A DNA stretch of 28,205 bases from Gammaproteobacteria bacterium (GTDB taxonomy: Bacteria > Pseudomonadota > Gammaproteobacteria > Eutrophobiales > Eutrophobiaceae), in contig JBFIIJ010000001.1 in assembly GCA_041601315.1 (NCBI GenBank), forward strand, positions 1 to 28,205, written 5' to 3'. The number at the start of each line of letters is the position of its first letter. The first letter of the stretch is position 1. The translations under genes and the position numbers were made by a program. This document shows, in pieces, positions 27,247 to 28,205 of this stretch. Below the pieces are notes generated by a model that worked only from the letters and a program-made list of their open reading frames with translations, ran no database searches and was not told the DNA's origin.

Positions 27247-27411
27247 ATGATCCTCCTTGCTATAAGTGCAAGTTAATATTTGCTACATTCAGTTCAATCT
27301 GAAAAAGTATACTGTAGATGAGAATAAATGTCGTTGAGGAATTCTCCCGTAAGGGTTATTCTGCATTATTAAATCTATTAATTATTGCTCTCAAAATACC
27401 AACTCGTGAAC

Positions 27412-27876
27412 ATGAAAAATCTAGTCGTACTTTGTCTTTCCCTGATCTTACTTAGTGCCTGCTCTCGTAGTTTTGATGGCGGATACAATATGCCGCTACT
27501 GTATAAAATTGATGTTCAGCAGGGAAATGTCATTGAACAAGATATGATTAATAAGCTAAAACCCGGCATGAATAAAGAGCAGGTTAAATTCATCATGGGA
27601 ACACCGGTCATAGTCGACCCTTTTCATAACGAACGTTGGGAATATATCTTCAGCTACCAAAAAGGCGGCGGCGTACGAGAACAACGTCACATCACACTTC
27701 ATTTTGATGATGACAAATTAACCCATCTTTCCGGAGATATTGAAGTATCTCATGCGCCCCTTGATGAAAATGAAATTGTGACTGAAAGTGAAGCCGTACT
27801 CGTACCAAAAACCAAGAAAGAAGAAAAAGGGTTTTTTGGTCGAATTTGGGATAAGGTAACCCCCGGCGAAGACTAA
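27412..27876 (+). CDS. bamE: Outer membrane protein assembly lipoprotein BamE (SmpA/OmlA)
   Basis: Likely start MKNLVVL at 27412; lipobox LSAC; YKIDVQQGN, GMNKEQV.FIMGTP..DPFH..RWEY; divergent from fur. Confidence 0.95.
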   Translation: MKNLVVLCLSLILLSACSRSFDGGYNMPLLYKIDVQQGNVIEQDMINKLKPGMNKEQVKFIMGTPVIVDPFHNERWEYIFSYQKGGGVREQRHITLHFDDDKLTHLSGDIEVSHAPLDENEIVTESEAVLVPKTKKEEKGFFGRIWDKVTPGED

Positions 27877-27881
27877 TACGT

Positions 27882-28169
27882 TTACTTCTTTTTTGCGCGT
27901 TGTCGCCTGGCTTCTTTTGGATCAGCGAGTAAAGGTCGATAAATTTCTATACGATCACCAGCATGTAAAATGGTATCCAGCGTTTGAATTTTACTAAAGA
28001 TACCGACTTTATTACGGTTTAAATCAATCTCAGGAAAACGATCAAGTATTCCCGAGTAATGAATTGCCTGTTCAATATTTGTTCCATCTGGCACATCGAG
28101 CTTTAAACTATTTTGACTATTCGGCTCTATGTAAATCAGCTCAACACTGATTATTTCATTCTGTACCAT
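27882..28169 (-). CDS. ratB: RnfH/RatB family ubiquitin-like protein
   Basis: Likely start MVQNEIISVE at 28169; KVGIFSK, GDRIEIYRPLLADPKEARRQRA; overlaps the ratA stop by 14 nt. Confidence 0.92.
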   Translation of the reverse strand: MVQNEIISVELIYIEPNSQNSLKLDVPDGTNIEQAIHYSGILDRFPEIDLNRNKVGIFSKIQTLDTILHAGDRIEIYRPLLADPKEARRQRAKKK

Positions 28170-28205
28170 AAACAACCTGAGCTCTTTCAATGAAGGCATC
28201 AACCA
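28156..28205 (-). CDS. ratA: 3' end of RatA (COQ10/START family), 5'-truncated by the window edge
   Basis: Manual translation ...VDAFIERAQVVYGTE* (stop 28156-28158) matches the RatA C-terminal VDAF..RA..VYG motif, in the canonical ratA-ratB-bamE-fur order. Confidence 0.8.
   Translation of the reverse strand, partial: VDAFIERAQVVYGTE

Noticed and set aside
26528-27411. Fur box near fur or the cyclase; LexA box for recN
   Set aside because: No convincing GATAATGATAATCATTATC match here, and no CTGT-N8-ACAG upstream of nadK-recN, was found by eye; AT-rich partial matches are expected by chance.
27385-28202. Longer starts for bamE (27385) and ratB (28202) given by the ORF track
   Set aside because: The bamE lipoprotein signal fits ATG 27412, and the ratB extension lies inside the ratA coding frame.

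Overview
AT-rich gammaproteobacterial chromosomal window (roughly 40% GC by eye, not computed). The right half is the conserved housekeeping block dapB-dnaJ-dnaK-grpE-hrcA / nadK-recN / fur / bamE / rnfH(ratB)-ratA, interrupted between recN and fur by an RND efflux pair and a PAS-GGDEF diguanylate cyclase. The left half is metabolic: a minus-strand operon mcl-mtkA-mtkB-(glyoxylate/hydroxypyruvate reductase)-ppc, which is the C2/C4 core of the serine cycle (ppc runs off the left edge and is missing from the ORF track); metZ under a SAM-II riboswitch; and a divergent icd-aceK pair. The most unusual observation is that aceK is paired with an isocitrate dehydrogenase carrying the Bacillus subtilis-type helical insertion, in the region that E. 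coli AceK uses to recognise its substrate. Other notable items: a stand-alone multi-TM sensor-like protein with no output domain, two ERIC-like palindromic elements with compensatory base changes in the heat-shock operon, CIRCE plus two sigma32 promoters, a sigma54/IHF-type promoter at the cyclase, and several perfect or near-perfect intergenic palindromes. No tRNA, rRNA, CRISPR array or transposase was seen. Family assignments come from motif recognition and recalled reference sequences; no database search was run.
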